Below are positions 41,701-50,203 of a DNA stretch of 64,000 bases, one piece after another; the stretch's first letter is position 1; every line of letters starts with the position of its first letter. The DNA lies in assembly GCA_949295905.1 (NCBI GenBank), contig CASFNA010000007.1, positions 110,135 through 174,134 on the forward strand, written 5' to 3'. Origin of the DNA: an uncultured Prevotellaceae bacterium. Its GTDB lineage: Bacteria > Bacteroidota > Bacteroidia > Bacteroidales > Bacteroidaceae. The notes beneath the pieces are model-generated. The model searched no databases. It was not told where the DNA came from and worked only from the letters and a program-made list of their open reading frames with translations. The position numbers and the translations under genes were made by a program.

Positions 41701-41928
41701 CCTATAGGAGTAGGCTATAACGGCAACATGACCCTCGGCGCAGCCGCAATCGGCGGTATGTTGATAGGTATGATTTGCCAGCTTCTAATAGTTCCGGCGC
41801 TCTTCTACATCTTCCAGTATTTGCAGGAGAAGGTTAAGCCGCTTGAGTTCGACGACGACAACGCAACCGTTGACACCGAGTTGTTGCAGTACACCCGCCC
41901 GGTAGAAAACAAGAAAAATGACAAGTAA
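38701..41928 (+). CDS. RND efflux permease (HAE1/AcrB-like)
   Basis: FIKRPV, LPIEQYPDVAPP, IVVDDAIVVVE, KNAILIV, RLRPILMT. Confidence 0.97.
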   Translation: MRLDNFIKRPVLSTVISILTVILGCIGLVSLPIEQYPDVAPPTVSVRANYMGANAQTVLNSVIVPLEEQINGVEGMTYMTSTATNEGSASIQVFFKQGMNADMCQVNVQNRVSQATALLPAEVTQSGVTVQKRQTSTVLLMAIKGDPERYDEKFLQNYADINIIPAVKRVNGVGDCEVMGAKTYSMRIWLDPIKMKNYGLMPSDISGVLAQQNIEAAPGKFGEQSDNQYEYTIRYKGRLQTPTEFENMIISSDDNGNTIRVKDVARVELGGLYYSVTSKVNGQPAVMMMVTQTAGSNATQIVSDIKKVIDDQRELLPPGVEIQYMQDVTEFLYASMNDLIHTLFEAFVLVFIVVYIFLQDFRSTLIPLIAVPVSLVGTFFFLYVFGFSLNLLTLSALVLAIAIVVDDAIVVVEAVHAKLDLGYKSARTASIDAMNEISGAIISITLVMSAVFIPVSFIGGTSGTFYKEFGITMAISIVISAINALTLSPALCAVLLKPKNEDGSARKMSMLDRFHAAFNGAYGKVQDKYTKSVRKIVEKPVIAILAVVVGVAALVFTAMNTKTGLVPDEDTGTVFCTVSTAPGTSLTETNKVMDQVDSMLATNPAIENRLRITGYNFISGQGTNQGTFVIKLKSFEARDKEEGFMKYFDVHSMGSKMVLAMIYKQTAAIKGAQILAFQPPMVQGFSATNGLTFSMLDRTGGDVNNFFKITQNFLAELNQRPEIGTAMTSYNSQYPQYMIDVNVAKCKQSGIDPSTVLTAMQGYYGGLYASNFNSFGKLYRVMIQADPKMREDLKSMNNVYVRTANGMAPINEFVTMTKVYGPQEIARFNLFTSIDVNATAADGYSSGDAIRAIEEVASTTLPTGFGYEFSGLTRSEQESSSSTMIIFALCLTFVYLILSAQYESYLVPLSVILSIPFGIAGAFIFTDLFGKQNDIYMQIALIMLIGLLAKNAILIVQFALERRRTGMALSWASVLGAQARLRPILMTSLAMIIGLMPLLIPIGVGYNGNMTLGAAAIGGMLIGMICQLLIVPALFYIFQYLQEKVKPLEFDDDNATVDTELLQYTRPVENKKNDK

Positions 41929-41929
41929 G

Positions 41930-43315
41930 ATGAAAAGAAATAGCATTATGATACTCGTTTCCGCCGCTGCCCTTATGAGCAGCTGCGGAATCTACAACAA
42001 GTACGAGCGTCCCGAAGTGAACGCTACCGGACTGGTGCGCGACGTGACATCAAACACCGACACGCTGGCGGTAGCCGACACGACGAGCTTCGGCAACCTG
42101 CCGTGGCGCAGCGTATTCACCGACCCGCAGCTACAGGCACTCATCGAGCAGGGCCTCGCCAACAACGTAGACCTGCTCAACGCGGCTCTCAACGTGAAGA
42201 TGGTAGAGGCGCAGTTGACGGCGGCCAAGCTGGCGTTCGTGCCCTCGTTCACATTCTCTCCGCAGGGAACAATCTCCTCTTGGGACGGCAGCAAGACCAC
42301 AAAGACTTACTCGCTGCCCATCAACGCAAGTTGGAGCATCGACCTCTTCGGCAACCTCTTGAACCAGAAGCGCAGCGCGCAGATGGCTCTCTTGGCAACG
42401 AAGGACTACCAGCTCGTGGTGAAAACCAACCTCATAGCCAACATTGCCAACGCTTACTACACGCTCCTTATGCTCGACAAGCAGCTCGAAATAGTAGACA
42501 ACATGACCCAACTGACAAAAGACACTTGGAACATGATGAAGCTGCAAAAGGAGCTCAACAACGCGAAGGAGACCAGCGTGCAGAGCGCAGAGGCCAATTA
42601 CTACTCGGTACTGGCGCAGGCTGCCGACCTGAAACGCCAAATACGCGAGACCGAAAACTCGCTCTCGCTGCTCTTGGGACAGCAGGCGCAGACCATAGGC
42701 CGCGGCAAACTGGAGAACCAGTCGCTGCCGACGGAGTTCAGCACGGGCGTAGGCATACAGATGCTCAACAACCGTCCTGACGTACACTATGCAGAGATGA
42801 CCCTCGCGCAGTGCTTCTACGACACGCAGGCGGCACGCTCGCAGTTCTATCCGAACATCACAATCAGCGGCTCCGGCGCGTTCACCAACAACGGCGGCGG
42901 CCTCATAACAAACCCCGGAAAATGGTTGCTTCAGGCCATAGGAAGCCTCGTTCAGCCTATTTTCCAGAACGGACGTCTCGTAGCCCAGCTAAAGGTTGCC
43001 AAGGCACAGCAGGAGCAAGCCTACAACACTTGGCAGAACGCGGTGCTCGCGGCTGGCTCGGAGGTAAGCAACGCCCTCGTGCTTTACAACTCGTCCGACG
43101 AGAAGTCGAAGCTCGAACAGAAGCAAATCGAGAGCCTGACGAAGAACGTACAGTACACGAAAGACCTCTTCAGCATGGGCGGCAGCACATACCTCGAGGT
43201 AATAACGGCCCAGCAGTCGCTGCTCAACGCAGAACTGGCGAAGGTGCAGGACGACTTCTACAAGATGCAGGCCGTAGTGAACCTCTACTACGCCCTTGGC
43301 GGAGGAAGGGAATAA
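41930..43315 (+). CDS. TolC/NodT family outer-membrane factor
   Basis: Lipobox MSS-C, W..F.DPQL, RPDV..AE, LYYALGGG; start could be 41918. Confidence 0.95.
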   Translation: MKRNSIMILVSAAALMSSCGIYNKYERPEVNATGLVRDVTSNTDTLAVADTTSFGNLPWRSVFTDPQLQALIEQGLANNVDLLNAALNVKMVEAQLTAAKLAFVPSFTFSPQGTISSWDGSKTTKTYSLPINASWSIDLFGNLLNQKRSAQMALLATKDYQLVVKTNLIANIANAYYTLLMLDKQLEIVDNMTQLTKDTWNMMKLQKELNNAKETSVQSAEANYYSVLAQAADLKRQIRETENSLSLLLGQQAQTIGRGKLENQSLPTEFSTGVGIQMLNNRPDVHYAEMTLAQCFYDTQAARSQFYPNITISGSGAFTNNGGGLITNPGKWLLQAIGSLVQPIFQNGRLVAQLKVAKAQQEQAYNTWQNAVLAAGSEVSNALVLYNSSDEKSKLEQKQIESLTKNVQYTKDLFSMGGSTYLEVITAQQSLLNAELAKVQDDFYKMQAVVNLYYALGGGRE

Positions 43316-43317
43316 TC

Positions 43318-43461
43318 AATTCATAATTCATAATTCACAATTCATAATCGGCTTGCGCGTTACGTGGCTACGAAATTATGGATTAAGGGTTATGAATTAT
43401 GAAACAATCTCTTGACAAGGCGCACGCCAATTATGAATTATAAATTATGAATTATGAATTA
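43318..43461. repeat. Inverted pair of heptamer tandem arrays (AATTCAT/ATGAATT)
   Basis: aattcataattcataattcacaattcataat ... attatgaattataaattatgaattatgaatt. Confidence 0.88.
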
Positions 43462-43469
43462 AGAAAGAT

Positions 43470-44246
43470 ATGATAAGTCCAAAAGCAGAAATAGACCCGA
43501 AGGCGAAAATAGGGAAGAACGTAACCATCTATCCCTTCGCCTACATCGAGGGCGACGTTGAGATTGGCGACGACTGCGTGATATATCCATACGTCAGCAT
43601 AATGAACGGCACACGCATGGGACGCGGCAACACCGTGTACCAGAACACGGTGCTCGGAGCCGTGCCCCAAGACTTCAACTATTGCGGCGACGCATCGCAG
43701 CTGATTATCGGCGACGGCAATACGTTCCGCGAGAACGTGGTAATCAACCGCGCCACCTTCTGTAGCGGAAAGACCGTGATAGGCAACCGCAACTCGTTCA
43801 TGGAGGGTGTCCACGTATCGCACGACACCAAGATTTCAGACGATTGCGTGTTCGGCTACGGTACGAAAATCGCCGGCGACTGCGACATAGAGAACGCCGT
43901 AATATTCTCGTCGAACGTAATCGCCAACGCAGGAGTGCGCGTAGGCCGCGGCTCAATGATTCAGGGCGGCAGCCGCCTTAGCCGCGACGTTCCGCCGTAC
44001 ATCATCGCCAGCGACAACCCCGTGAAGTACGGAGGCGTTAACAGCACCATACTCAAGATGCACGGCGTATCTAACAAGGTTGCCGACCACATCGCCAACG
44101 CATACCGACTGGTGTTCCACGGACAGACGAGCGTGTTCGACGCCGTGCGCCAAATACGCGAGCAGGTACCCGACGGACCGGAAGTGCAACACATCATCGA
44201 GTTCATCGATGCAACGAAACTCGGCCTCATCAGCAAGATGTGGTAA
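43470..44246 (+). CDS. LpxA-like hexapeptide-repeat acyltransferase (paralog)
   Basis: Hexapeptide repeats, PQD, RENVVINRAT, HVSHD, RDVPPY, GVN; several canonical LpxA residues differ. Confidence 0.85.
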   Translation: MISPKAEIDPKAKIGKNVTIYPFAYIEGDVEIGDDCVIYPYVSIMNGTRMGRGNTVYQNTVLGAVPQDFNYCGDASQLIIGDGNTFRENVVINRATFCSGKTVIGNRNSFMEGVHVSHDTKISDDCVFGYGTKIAGDCDIENAVIFSSNVIANAGVRVGRGSMIQGGSRLSRDVPPYIIASDNPVKYGGVNSTILKMHGVSNKVADHIANAYRLVFHGQTSVFDAVRQIREQVPDGPEVQHIIEFIDATKLGLISKMW

Positions 44247-44272
44247 CCTGCGCACATGTTGCATACATATAT

Positions 44273-44315
44273 AATCCGGGCAAGGAGCGGCCGCTTCTTG
44301 CCCGGATTGTTTTTT
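44273..44315 (+). terminator. Intrinsic terminator
   Basis: aatccgggcaaggagcg..cgcttcttgcccggattgtttttt. Confidence 0.85.
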
Positions 44316-44457
44316 CTTACGGCCTGACAGACGGCGTATGGCTTTCCACCATGCGGTTCATCCGCAGTTTGTGTGTATGACGTATAGGTGCCAATCCCGT
44401 CCTCGAAGAGGTCCTATGTATGTTATAACCCATACACCTAAATTGCTAATGCACCCC

Positions 44458-44566
44458 AATATGCGGCCTTTCACCTTCCCAAAGGCCGTCTTTTACACGC
44501 TAAAAGGCCGTCTTTCGCAATGCGAAAGACGGCCTTTTATAACATGCCTGATTGTCAACCGGTTAC
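44458..44566. repeat. 22-bp-period array, locus J (4 units plus cap)
   Basis: Units at 44458, 44480, 44502, 44524; cap ataacatgcctgattgtcaaccggttac. Confidence 0.92.
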
Positions 44567-44570
44567 AAGG

Positions 44571-45179
44571 CTATGCCTTGCCGCTGTCTTCATACTCGCT
44601 AATCACGAGCTGCCTGGGCAGCGTTATCAGTTTAAGACGCTTGAACCACACACGCGACGAGCTGTTGAAATGGCGCGTGGTGTGGCTGCTTATCATGTAG
44701 TAACTTAACGTGTACTCGTCCATCAGGCTGCCGAAGGCCGCCTTGATGCGCGAGCATTTCTCGTTCACGGCGTTGTCCGTAGGGTCGGTCAGGCGGCTTA
44801 CCGTCTCGTCAATCCTGTCAGGGTCGGTGCTTGGCGATATGCTCCGGTATATCCGGCGCAGTTCCTCGCGGTGGTCGGACAGGTCCTTGAACTCTATGCC
44901 CTCCTCATGGTTGAGGAACAGAATGTACAAAGCCTTGTGCACGGGAGTGAGCATTACCTCGGCGTTATAGTCCTTCAGGATGAAGCGGAAGTCGCGCGTG
45001 ATGACAAGGCGGCTCAGCTTTGCGCGCGCCGCTTCTATGCGCAGCTGCTCCAGTACGGGCACGCTTATCGCCCTCAGCATGAGGTCGTAGCGTCCAGTCT
45101 GCCCGAGCCTGTTCACCAGCGCGTGCAGTTCCTTAGCCAGTTCTTCCGCCTTCCGGCTGTCGTCCTCCGTCGTTTCCAT
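44571..45179 (-). CDS. Hypothetical protein with an OmpR/PhoB-like winged-helix-type C-terminal domain
   Basis: VMLTPVHKALYILFL and NAVNEKCSRIKAAF resemble wHTH helices 1 and 3; start METTEDD lies 4 nt after a TATTTTTG box (45184-45191). Confidence 0.75.
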   Translation of the reverse strand: METTEDDSRKAEELAKELHALVNRLGQTGRYDLMLRAISVPVLEQLRIEAARAKLSRLVITRDFRFILKDYNAEVMLTPVHKALYILFLNHEEGIEFKDLSDHREELRRIYRSISPSTDPDRIDETVSRLTDPTDNAVNEKCSRIKAAFGSLMDEYTLSYYMISSHTTRHFNSSSRVWFKRLKLITLPRQLVISEYEDSGKA

Positions 45180-45301
45180 GATGCAAAAATACTCCTTTAT
45201 TTCGTTAAAAGCCACGCGGCGCGCCGTGTTTTTTCGTCTGCAAGCCTTGCAGGCGCATCTACTTTAAGGAAAAGATGCTTACCTTTGTGCCGTAATAACG
45301 C

Positions 45302-46657
45302 ATGACTATGAACGAAAGGACACACAGTGTTGTCGATTACGGCGAGCCCGTAGACATGACAAAGCACATCATCAAGGTAATCGGCGTAGGCGGCGGAGGA
45401 TGCAACGCGGTTAAGAACATGTACCAGGAAGGCATCACCGACGTGTCGTTCGCCGTGTGCAACACCGACAGCAAGTCGCTCTCCCACTCGCCCGTACCCG
45501 TCAAGGTGCTGCTCGGCAACACCGGTCTGGGCGTAGGCGGTGTGCCCGAGCGCGGCAGGGAGGAGGCCGAAGAGAGCATCGACAAAATCAAGACGCTGCT
45601 CTCCGACAACACGAAGATGGTGTTCATCACCGCCGGAATGGGCGGCGGCACGGGCACCGGCGCAGGTCCGGTGGTGGCATCCGTGGCAAAGGAAATGGGC
45701 ATGTTGACCATCGGCGTGGTAACAATCCCTTTCTATTTCGAGAAGGAAAAGAAAATCATAAAGGCGCTGAAGGGCGTTGAGGAGATGCGCAAGAACGTCG
45801 ATGCGCTGCTCATAGTGAACAACGAACGCCTGTGCGATGTCTACTCGAACACGCGCATTTCTGTCAAGGACGCATTCAAGTGTGCCGACGCAATACTGGG
45901 CAACGCCGTCAAAAGCATATCAGAGCTAATCACCATCGAGGGCGACATCAACCTCGACTTCCGCGACGTGGAGACCACGATGAAGGGCGGAGGAGGCGCA
46001 ATCATGGCCATAGGGCGCGCCGGAGGGGAGCACCGCGTGGAGAAAGCCTTTCTCAACGCACTCGACTCTCCGCTGCTTTACGGCAGCGATGTGAGCAAGG
46101 CCAAGCGCATACTGTTCAACATCTACACCAGCCCTGACAGTCCGCTGTTCGTTGACGAGTTGCAGGAAATCGACGCGTTCATGGACGAACTGTCGCCCCA
46201 GATAGAAGTAATCTGGGGCGTGTCTGACGACGACACCCTCGGCGAAGACGCCAAGATAGCCATCCTCGCCACAGGACTTGACGACGATAGCGGCGACTTC
46301 GCCGACAAGGCCGACACCCGTTTTGACGACGACGCGGAGCATTACCACACGCTGATAAAGAAACTCTACTCGCCGGGCAACGGCAAGGCGGACACCACCA
46401 AGCAGAATCCTGACGAGATACAGATAACAGTCAGCAACTATGACGTCACCCAACAGGCCGGTGACGGCATGCCAACCGACGGAAACGAAACCGCAACCGG
46501 CATCCCGGACGGCGGCGAAACAGACAACGGCAACCCACCTGAAACGCCATCGGTAGAGCCCTCAACGCAGACAGGCAACGGCTCTCAACCCTACACACCA
46601 ACACTTGTGGAACGCCTTAAGATTATCTGGAACAAAGCCCTTAGATGCGAAGAATAA
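45302..46657 (+). CDS. ftsZ: FtsZ-family GTPase, stand-alone paralog
   Basis: GVGGGGCNA, NTD, GMGGGTGTG, PFYFE, INLDFRDV; own TACCTTTG box at 45280-45287; no ftsQ/ftsA neighbours. Confidence 0.9.
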   Translation: MTMNERTHSVVDYGEPVDMTKHIIKVIGVGGGGCNAVKNMYQEGITDVSFAVCNTDSKSLSHSPVPVKVLLGNTGLGVGGVPERGREEAEESIDKIKTLLSDNTKMVFITAGMGGGTGTGAGPVVASVAKEMGMLTIGVVTIPFYFEKEKKIIKALKGVEEMRKNVDALLIVNNERLCDVYSNTRISVKDAFKCADAILGNAVKSISELITIEGDINLDFRDVETTMKGGGGAIMAIGRAGGEHRVEKAFLNALDSPLLYGSDVSKAKRILFNIYTSPDSPLFVDELQEIDAFMDELSPQIEVIWGVSDDDTLGEDAKIAILATGLDDDSGDFADKADTRFDDDAEHYHTLIKKLYSPGNGKADTTKQNPDEIQITVSNYDVTQQAGDGMPTDGNETATGIPDGGETDNGNPPETPSVEPSTQTGNGSQPYTPTLVERLKIIWNKALRCEE

Positions 46658-46658
46658 T

Positions 46659-46751
46659 TTAAAAGGTAAAAAAGTAAAATGGTAAAAAGGTAAAAAGCAT
46701 TGCCAAAATGGCGGCATGTTTTACCTTTTTACCCTTTTTCCCTTTTTACCC
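46659..46751. repeat. Inverted pair of octamer tandem arrays (AAAAGGTA)
   Basis: aaaaggtaaaaaagtaaaatggtaaaaaggtaaaa ... ttttacctttttaccctttttccctttttacc; the right arm contains the MATE stop. Confidence 0.85.
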
Positions 46752-48089
46752 TTGCTTATGTTTCAGCCTCTTGTACACGAAGTACACAGCCGGGATGAGG
46801 AATATGTCGGCTGCCACGAAGGCCAAGGGGTCGCCGTAGCATACGCCGAGGAAGCCGAACGTGGGCACCACCCAGAGGCTCACTCCGCAGCGTGCAATCA
46901 GCTCCATCACGCCCGAGAGCACAGACAGGTTTGAGTAGCCGAGCCCTTGCAGGCTGTACCTGAACACGGTGAGCGTGCCCAACGCCAGGAAGAAGTAGCT
47001 CGGAATGAGCATGTATTGGGCCGCAATGGCTATGATGTCGGTCTTTTCAGCGTCGATGAAAAGCAGCATCATCTCGTCAGCAAAGAAATATATTATCACC
47101 GTGGTAACCAGGAAGAACACCACCGTTATCTTCATCGCCGCCTTTATCCCGAGCTTCACGCGCTCGATTTTACCCGCCCCGATATTCTGTCCGCAGTACG
47201 TAGCCATGGCTACGCCGATGTTCTCGTACACGCAGGTGAAGATGTACTTGGCCCTCGCGGCGGCGGTGAACGCGGCCACGTACATGGTGCCGAGGGCGTT
47301 GTTCGCGCTCTGGAGCATTATTACTCCGATGGCGGTTATCGAGAACTGCATGCCCATCGGCACGCCGTTCATGAGCAGCTTGCCCGTCATCTTGTCGTTA
47401 TAGGCGCGCTCGCGGCCCGTGGGAATGAGCATCTTCATGCGCTTCTTTATATACGTGAAGCACAGCACCGAGGCGAAGGCCTGCGACGCCATGGTGGCCA
47501 GTCCGGCACCCTCCACGCCGAGGCCGAGGCCCATTATGAGCACGAAGTCGAGCACGATGTTGAGCAGCGAGGCCGCTATGAGGAAATAGAAGGGCTGCTT
47601 TGAGTCGCCCAGCGCGCGTATGAAGCCCGACAACATGTCGTAAGACATGGTGAAGGGTATGGCAAGAAAGTTGATTAGCAGGAACACGTAAGCGTCATGG
47701 AACACGTCCTGCGGCGTGTTGAGCATTTGCAGGATGCGGTCGCAGAGCACTGCCGTCACCACCGTGGCGACAACCGCAATCACGGCCACTATGCGCACGG
47801 CGTTGGCCACGTAGGCGCGCATCTTGGAGTAGTCCTTCGCCCCGAACTCCTGCGCCACGGGTATGGCGAAGCCCGCGCAGGCTCCGTTGCAGAAGCCGAG
47901 CACGAGGAACATCACCGACGACGACGCACCCACGGCGGCCAGCGCATCGACACCGATGAAGCGGCCAACGATGGCCGCGTCGATGAGCAGGTACATCTGT
48001 TGCAGTATGTAGCCGCCCACGAGCGGCAGCGAAAACTTTATGATGTCGCGCGTAGGCGACCCTACGGTCATGTCGTTGATGCTTGGCAT
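46746..48089 (-). CDS. MATE family efflux transporter
   Basis: DMTVGSP, QQMY..D..IVGRFIGVDALAAVG, RALGDSKQP, GQNIGAG. Confidence 0.93.
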   Translation of the reverse strand: MPSINDMTVGSPTRDIIKFSLPLVGGYILQQMYLLIDAAIVGRFIGVDALAAVGASSSVMFLVLGFCNGACAGFAIPVAQEFGAKDYSKMRAYVANAVRIVAVIAVVATVVTAVLCDRILQMLNTPQDVFHDAYVFLLINFLAIPFTMSYDMLSGFIRALGDSKQPFYFLIAASLLNIVLDFVLIMGLGLGVEGAGLATMASQAFASVLCFTYIKKRMKMLIPTGRERAYNDKMTGKLLMNGVPMGMQFSITAIGVIMLQSANNALGTMYVAAFTAAARAKYIFTCVYENIGVAMATYCGQNIGAGKIERVKLGIKAAMKITVVFFLVTTVIIYFFADEMMLLFIDAEKTDIIAIAAQYMLIPSYFFLALGTLTVFRYSLQGLGYSNLSVLSGVMELIARCGVSLWVVPTFGFLGVCYGDPLAFVAADIFLIPAVYFVYKRLKHKQG

Positions 48090-48204
48090 ATTCTTTCCTC
48101 CGTTTTGAAAAACCGTGCAAAAGTACGGATAAGTCGGGAATTAAAAGTCAAGAGTTAAGAAAAAATGTGCTAATTTTTATCCTAGCCTTTACCTATGGAA
48201 ATGC

Positions 48205-48311
48205 GAAAGGCCGTCTTTCGCATTCCAAAAGGCCGCAAATCGCAGGCTAAAAGACCGTCTTTCGGCGTGCAAAAGACGGCCTTTTGCAACACGCTGAATA
48301 TCAAGCCGTTA
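48205..48311. repeat. 22-bp-period array, locus K (4 units plus cap)
   Basis: Units at 48205, 48227, 48249, 48271; cap gcaacacgctgaatatcaagccgtta. Confidence 0.92.
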
Positions 48312-48472
48312 AAAAAGGAGGCAAAAACGGCCTTCTATGTAAATATTTTCTTAACTTTGCACAGGCTGTAAGCAAAGCTGATAAGGCAGTCTAACAACTT
48401 TCCATCCAACGGCATATTATATGCAAACGATAGACTGGGAATGAATTACAAGAAACATAAAATACATAAAAT

Positions 48473-49024
48473 ATGAATTTAATACCGTTCCAAGAAGTAA
48501 AAGACAAAATAATACATCTACGAGGGCAAGACGTTATACTTGACTTTGCCGTAGCCGAGCTATACGGAGTTGAGACAAGAGAAGTGAACCAAGCTGTAAA
48601 GAACAACCTGAACAAGTTTCCCGACGGCTATGTTTTTGAAGTCAACAAACAGGAAAAATCAGAGGTTATCAAAAATTTTGATGACCTCGGGAGCATGAAA
48701 TTCTCACCGACTCTGCCCAAAGCCTTCACCGAGAAAGGCCTTTACATGCTTGCCACAATACTGAAAGGCGAAAGGGCTACGGAGACAACCATCGCCATAA
48801 TCGAGGCTTTTGCCAAGCTGCGCGAGCTGTCGCGCACCATCGGGGAGCTGTCTGCCAGCCCTGACAAATTCACGCAAAAGTCACTAATGGAGAAAAGCGG
48901 CGAAATCATGGCCGACTTGTTCGGCGAGGAAATGCAGACGAACGAAACGGAAACAGAAATAGAACTAAACTTCGCCGTACTGAAACTGAAACATACAATA
49001 AAGCGAAAGGAAAAAGGGAAATAA
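48473..49024 (+). CDS. ORF6N domain DNA-binding protein
   Basis: LRGQDVILD..VAELYGVETREVNQAVKNN..KFP..PKAFTEKGLYMLATILK. Confidence 0.88.
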   Translation: MNLIPFQEVKDKIIHLRGQDVILDFAVAELYGVETREVNQAVKNNLNKFPDGYVFEVNKQEKSEVIKNFDDLGSMKFSPTLPKAFTEKGLYMLATILKGERATETTIAIIEAFAKLRELSRTIGELSASPDKFTQKSLMEKSGEIMADLFGEEMQTNETETEIELNFAVLKLKHTIKRKEKGK

Positions 49025-49080
49025 TCCATATAAATCCATATAAGGAGAAAGTTATACATATAAACCATACTTGTATCATA

Positions 49081-49551
49081 ATGAAAGCAAGACTTTTTAC
49101 CGCCGCCATAGCCCTGTGCGCCATGCTGATGCTGGCCGGATGCGGCGAAAACGCAATGGAGAGGCAGGCCGGCGAGCTGCTGGAGCAGGCCAAGACAGAG
49201 TTCAACAACGGCGAATTCACCAAGGCGTTGGCCGCCATCGACTCGTTGCGTAAGAACTGCCCGCAGGCAATCGAGGCGCGCAAGCAGGCACTACGCCTGT
49301 ACCAGGAGATTGAGCTGAAGCGCGCGCAGCTTACCGTCGAGGGCGTTGACAGCGTGCTGCAACGCGTGGAACGCGAGTACCAAAGCATGAAAAAGACCGT
49401 AGACTCGCTCCGCGAAAAGAGTGCGGCAACGGAAGAGCAGCTGCGCACGGTCAACCTGATGCGCGTGGAGCGCGACTCGCTGAAGACGGTGTTCGACGTG
49501 GAATGCGCCAAGATAAAGTATATAAAGAAGAAAATGGAAGAGGAAGAATAA
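49081..49551 (+). CDS. Hypothetical coiled-coil lipoprotein
   Basis: LAG-C lipobox, helical TPR-like and coiled-coil content. Confidence 0.85.
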   Translation: MKARLFTAAIALCAMLMLAGCGENAMERQAGELLEQAKTEFNNGEFTKALAAIDSLRKNCPQAIEARKQALRLYQEIELKRAQLTVEGVDSVLQRVEREYQSMKKTVDSLREKSAATEEQLRTVNLMRVERDSLKTVFDVECAKIKYIKKKMEEEE

Positions 49552-49648
49552 CTCTTTCGGCCATCGACGGCTTTAACTACTTTAACCTACTTACCTTATA
49601 TTAATTAAGATAAAATCATTACCTTTGCACCGGTTTACATATACGGAC

Positions 49649-50203
49649 ATGGCAAAAGACACTTCAAAGACCGAAGAGCAGTTTCGCCGGGCTATGGCAG
49701 AATGCCGCTCGCTGTTCGCCAAGAAGCTGCACGACTACGGCCCGTCGTGGCGAATACTGCGCCCGTCGGCACTGACCGACCAGCTGTTCATCAAGGCCAA
49801 GCGCATCCGCAGCCTCGAGCTGAAGAAGGAATCGCTCGTAGGCGAAGGCATAAGGCCCGAGTTCGTAGGCCTAATCAACTACGGAATAATCGGCCTCATA
49901 CAGCTTGACAAGGGCTTTGTAGACACGCCCGACATGACCGCAGACGAGGCCATGCTCCTTTACGACGCATTCGCCGACAAGGCGTTGCAGCTGATGCTTA
50001 GGAAGAACCACGACTACGACGAGGCGTGGAGGTCGATGCGCGTAAGCAGCTACACTGACTTCATACTGACGAAAATACAGCGCGTCAAGGAGATAGAGGA
50101 CCTTGGCGGAGAGACGCTCGTGTCCGAGGGCATCGACGCCAACTACATGGACATAATCAACTACGCCGTGTTCGGGGTCATAAAGCTTACTGACGGCCAA
50201 TGA
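49649..50203 (+). CDS. DUF1599 family protein
   Basis: Duplicated [10 protein letters not shown] / [13 protein letters not shown] motif; TACCTTTG box at 49620-49627. Confidence 0.9.
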   Translation: MAKDTSKTEEQFRRAMAECRSLFAKKLHDYGPSWRILRPSALTDQLFIKAKRIRSLELKKESLVGEGIRPEFVGLINYGIIGLIQLDKGFVDTPDMTADEAMLLYDAFADKALQLMLRKNHDYDEAWRSMRVSSYTDFILTKIQRVKEIEDLGGETLVSEGIDANYMDIINYAVFGVIKLTDGQ

